This document shows positions 63,098-64,000 of a stretch of 64,000 nt of DNA, piece by piece (the first letter of the stretch is position 1; each line of letters starts with the position of its first letter). The notes under the pieces were generated by a model that was given only the letters and a program-made list of their open reading frames with translations, searched no databases and was not told where the DNA came from. This DNA comes from Hyaloraphidium curvatum SAG 235-1 (taxonomy: Eukaryota; Fungi; Monoblepharomycota). The stretch is taken from contig JAIVFI010000037.1 in the NCBI GenBank assembly GCA_025558095.1, forward strand, positions 1-64,000, written 5' to 3'. The position numbers were made by a program, and so were the translations under genes.

Positions 63098-64000
63098 CTC
63101 CGACAGCAGGGCGGTCCGGTGCGACGTGCGCCGTTGGTGGGCGATCGGCCGACCGACGACCCAGGCTGGACCCTTGGCGGGGGGCGGCACGTCCGCCCCG
63201 ACCCTGCCTCCGTGCGGCCGCCCCCCAATAGCGCCCATCCCGCGGGAGGATGCGATCCCGACCTGGCTTGCGCCGACGAACCCCGCGGGCACCCCGCTGT
63301 CCGCGACCGTCGGCCGCCGACCGGCCGCCGTTCGGATCTTCCGCGACATGAGCCTAATCCCATCGCGGCGGCATCCCGTCCCCACGCTCCTCCCCGCGCA
63401 TCCTCCACCGCCACGCACCGTCCCCGCCCATCCTTGCATTCACCCCGTTCGCCTCCCGGCTCCGTTTCCGGCCCCCGGTGCCGCCGATCCCGCGGCAGCC
63501 CGATGCGGTTGCTCCGCCCCTCCAGCCAGCACGATCCAACCGCCGTCGCCGCCCCTCCGCACGCCGCAGCCCCCGCCCCAAGCACCCTCCCCCGCGCACG
63601 GAAACGTGCTTCCGAACCCCCGCGGGGGCGCAGCGGGCGGTAGGTGAGGGTGGGGCGAGGGAATGACTAGGCAGCCGCGCCTGGACGGTCGGGCGGCAGC
63701 CGTCGCCTCACCGAACCTCCGCGGCACGGATCGCGACACGATTGTAGATCGCACGCCGGCCCCGCCTCCGCCCGTTCCAACGTGCCCGCGCCCGGACGTC
63801 CGGTCTACGCGGCGGAAGGACGTGCGGCGGATGAAGCCCTGCATCGTCACGAATACCACAGATACCCAGCCCGCACGCCCGTCTATCGCCTCCCGTCCCG
63901 TCCTGCCTCCCTTGCCGCCCCACAACGCTCCCACGCCCCCGCTCACGCCAGGACGCACCCCTTCGACCCCGTCAGCCATTGTCCCCCCCGAAAGCGAGCG

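Noticed and set aside
1-64000. Prokaryotic origin or contamination suggested by bacterial-like genes
   Set aside because: Spliceosomal introns, COX6B, a cyclin and MYND genes are interleaved throughout.
63440-64000. ORFs at the right edge
   Set aside because: No recognisable motif; probably promoter/UTR or the end of a gene outside the window.

Overview
Eukaryotic, very GC-rich, gene-dense genomic DNA with short GT-AG introns (about 50-140 nt). Gene content suggests an early-diverging (zoosporic) fungus, possibly a monoblepharid such as Hyaloraphidium; this is inference and was not tested. Housekeeping and metabolic genes include COX6B/COX12, a FATP-type acyl-CoA synthetase, two P450s, two MFS carriers, a PAC2-type proteasome chaperone, a TMEM175 channel, a tautomerase, a GT34, a flavin amine oxidase, a PCL-type cyclin and a membrane hybrid histidine kinase. 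These are interleaved with three rapidly turning-over families. (1) Four Sel1-repeat / coiled-coil / TKL-type kinase genes have near-identical kinases but variable 108-bp repeat arrays (10, 15, 9 and 8 units), hypervariable positions and a shared TGAC-repeat upstream motif; they are candidate innate-immune-like receptor kinases. (2) Five copies, plus a 5' fragment, of an unnamed 7-TM protein have a loop layout and C-terminal motif resembling the insect gustatory/odorant receptor and plant DUF3537 (7TMIC) superfamily, with a novel His/Cys motif. (3) Eight MYND zinc-finger genes or remnants. The region shows tandem and inverted segmental duplications, truncated passenger fragments and many frameshifts; some frameshifts may be assembly errors. 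No rRNA, tRNA, CRISPR or autonomous transposon was recognised. Exon boundaries were read by eye and are approximate.
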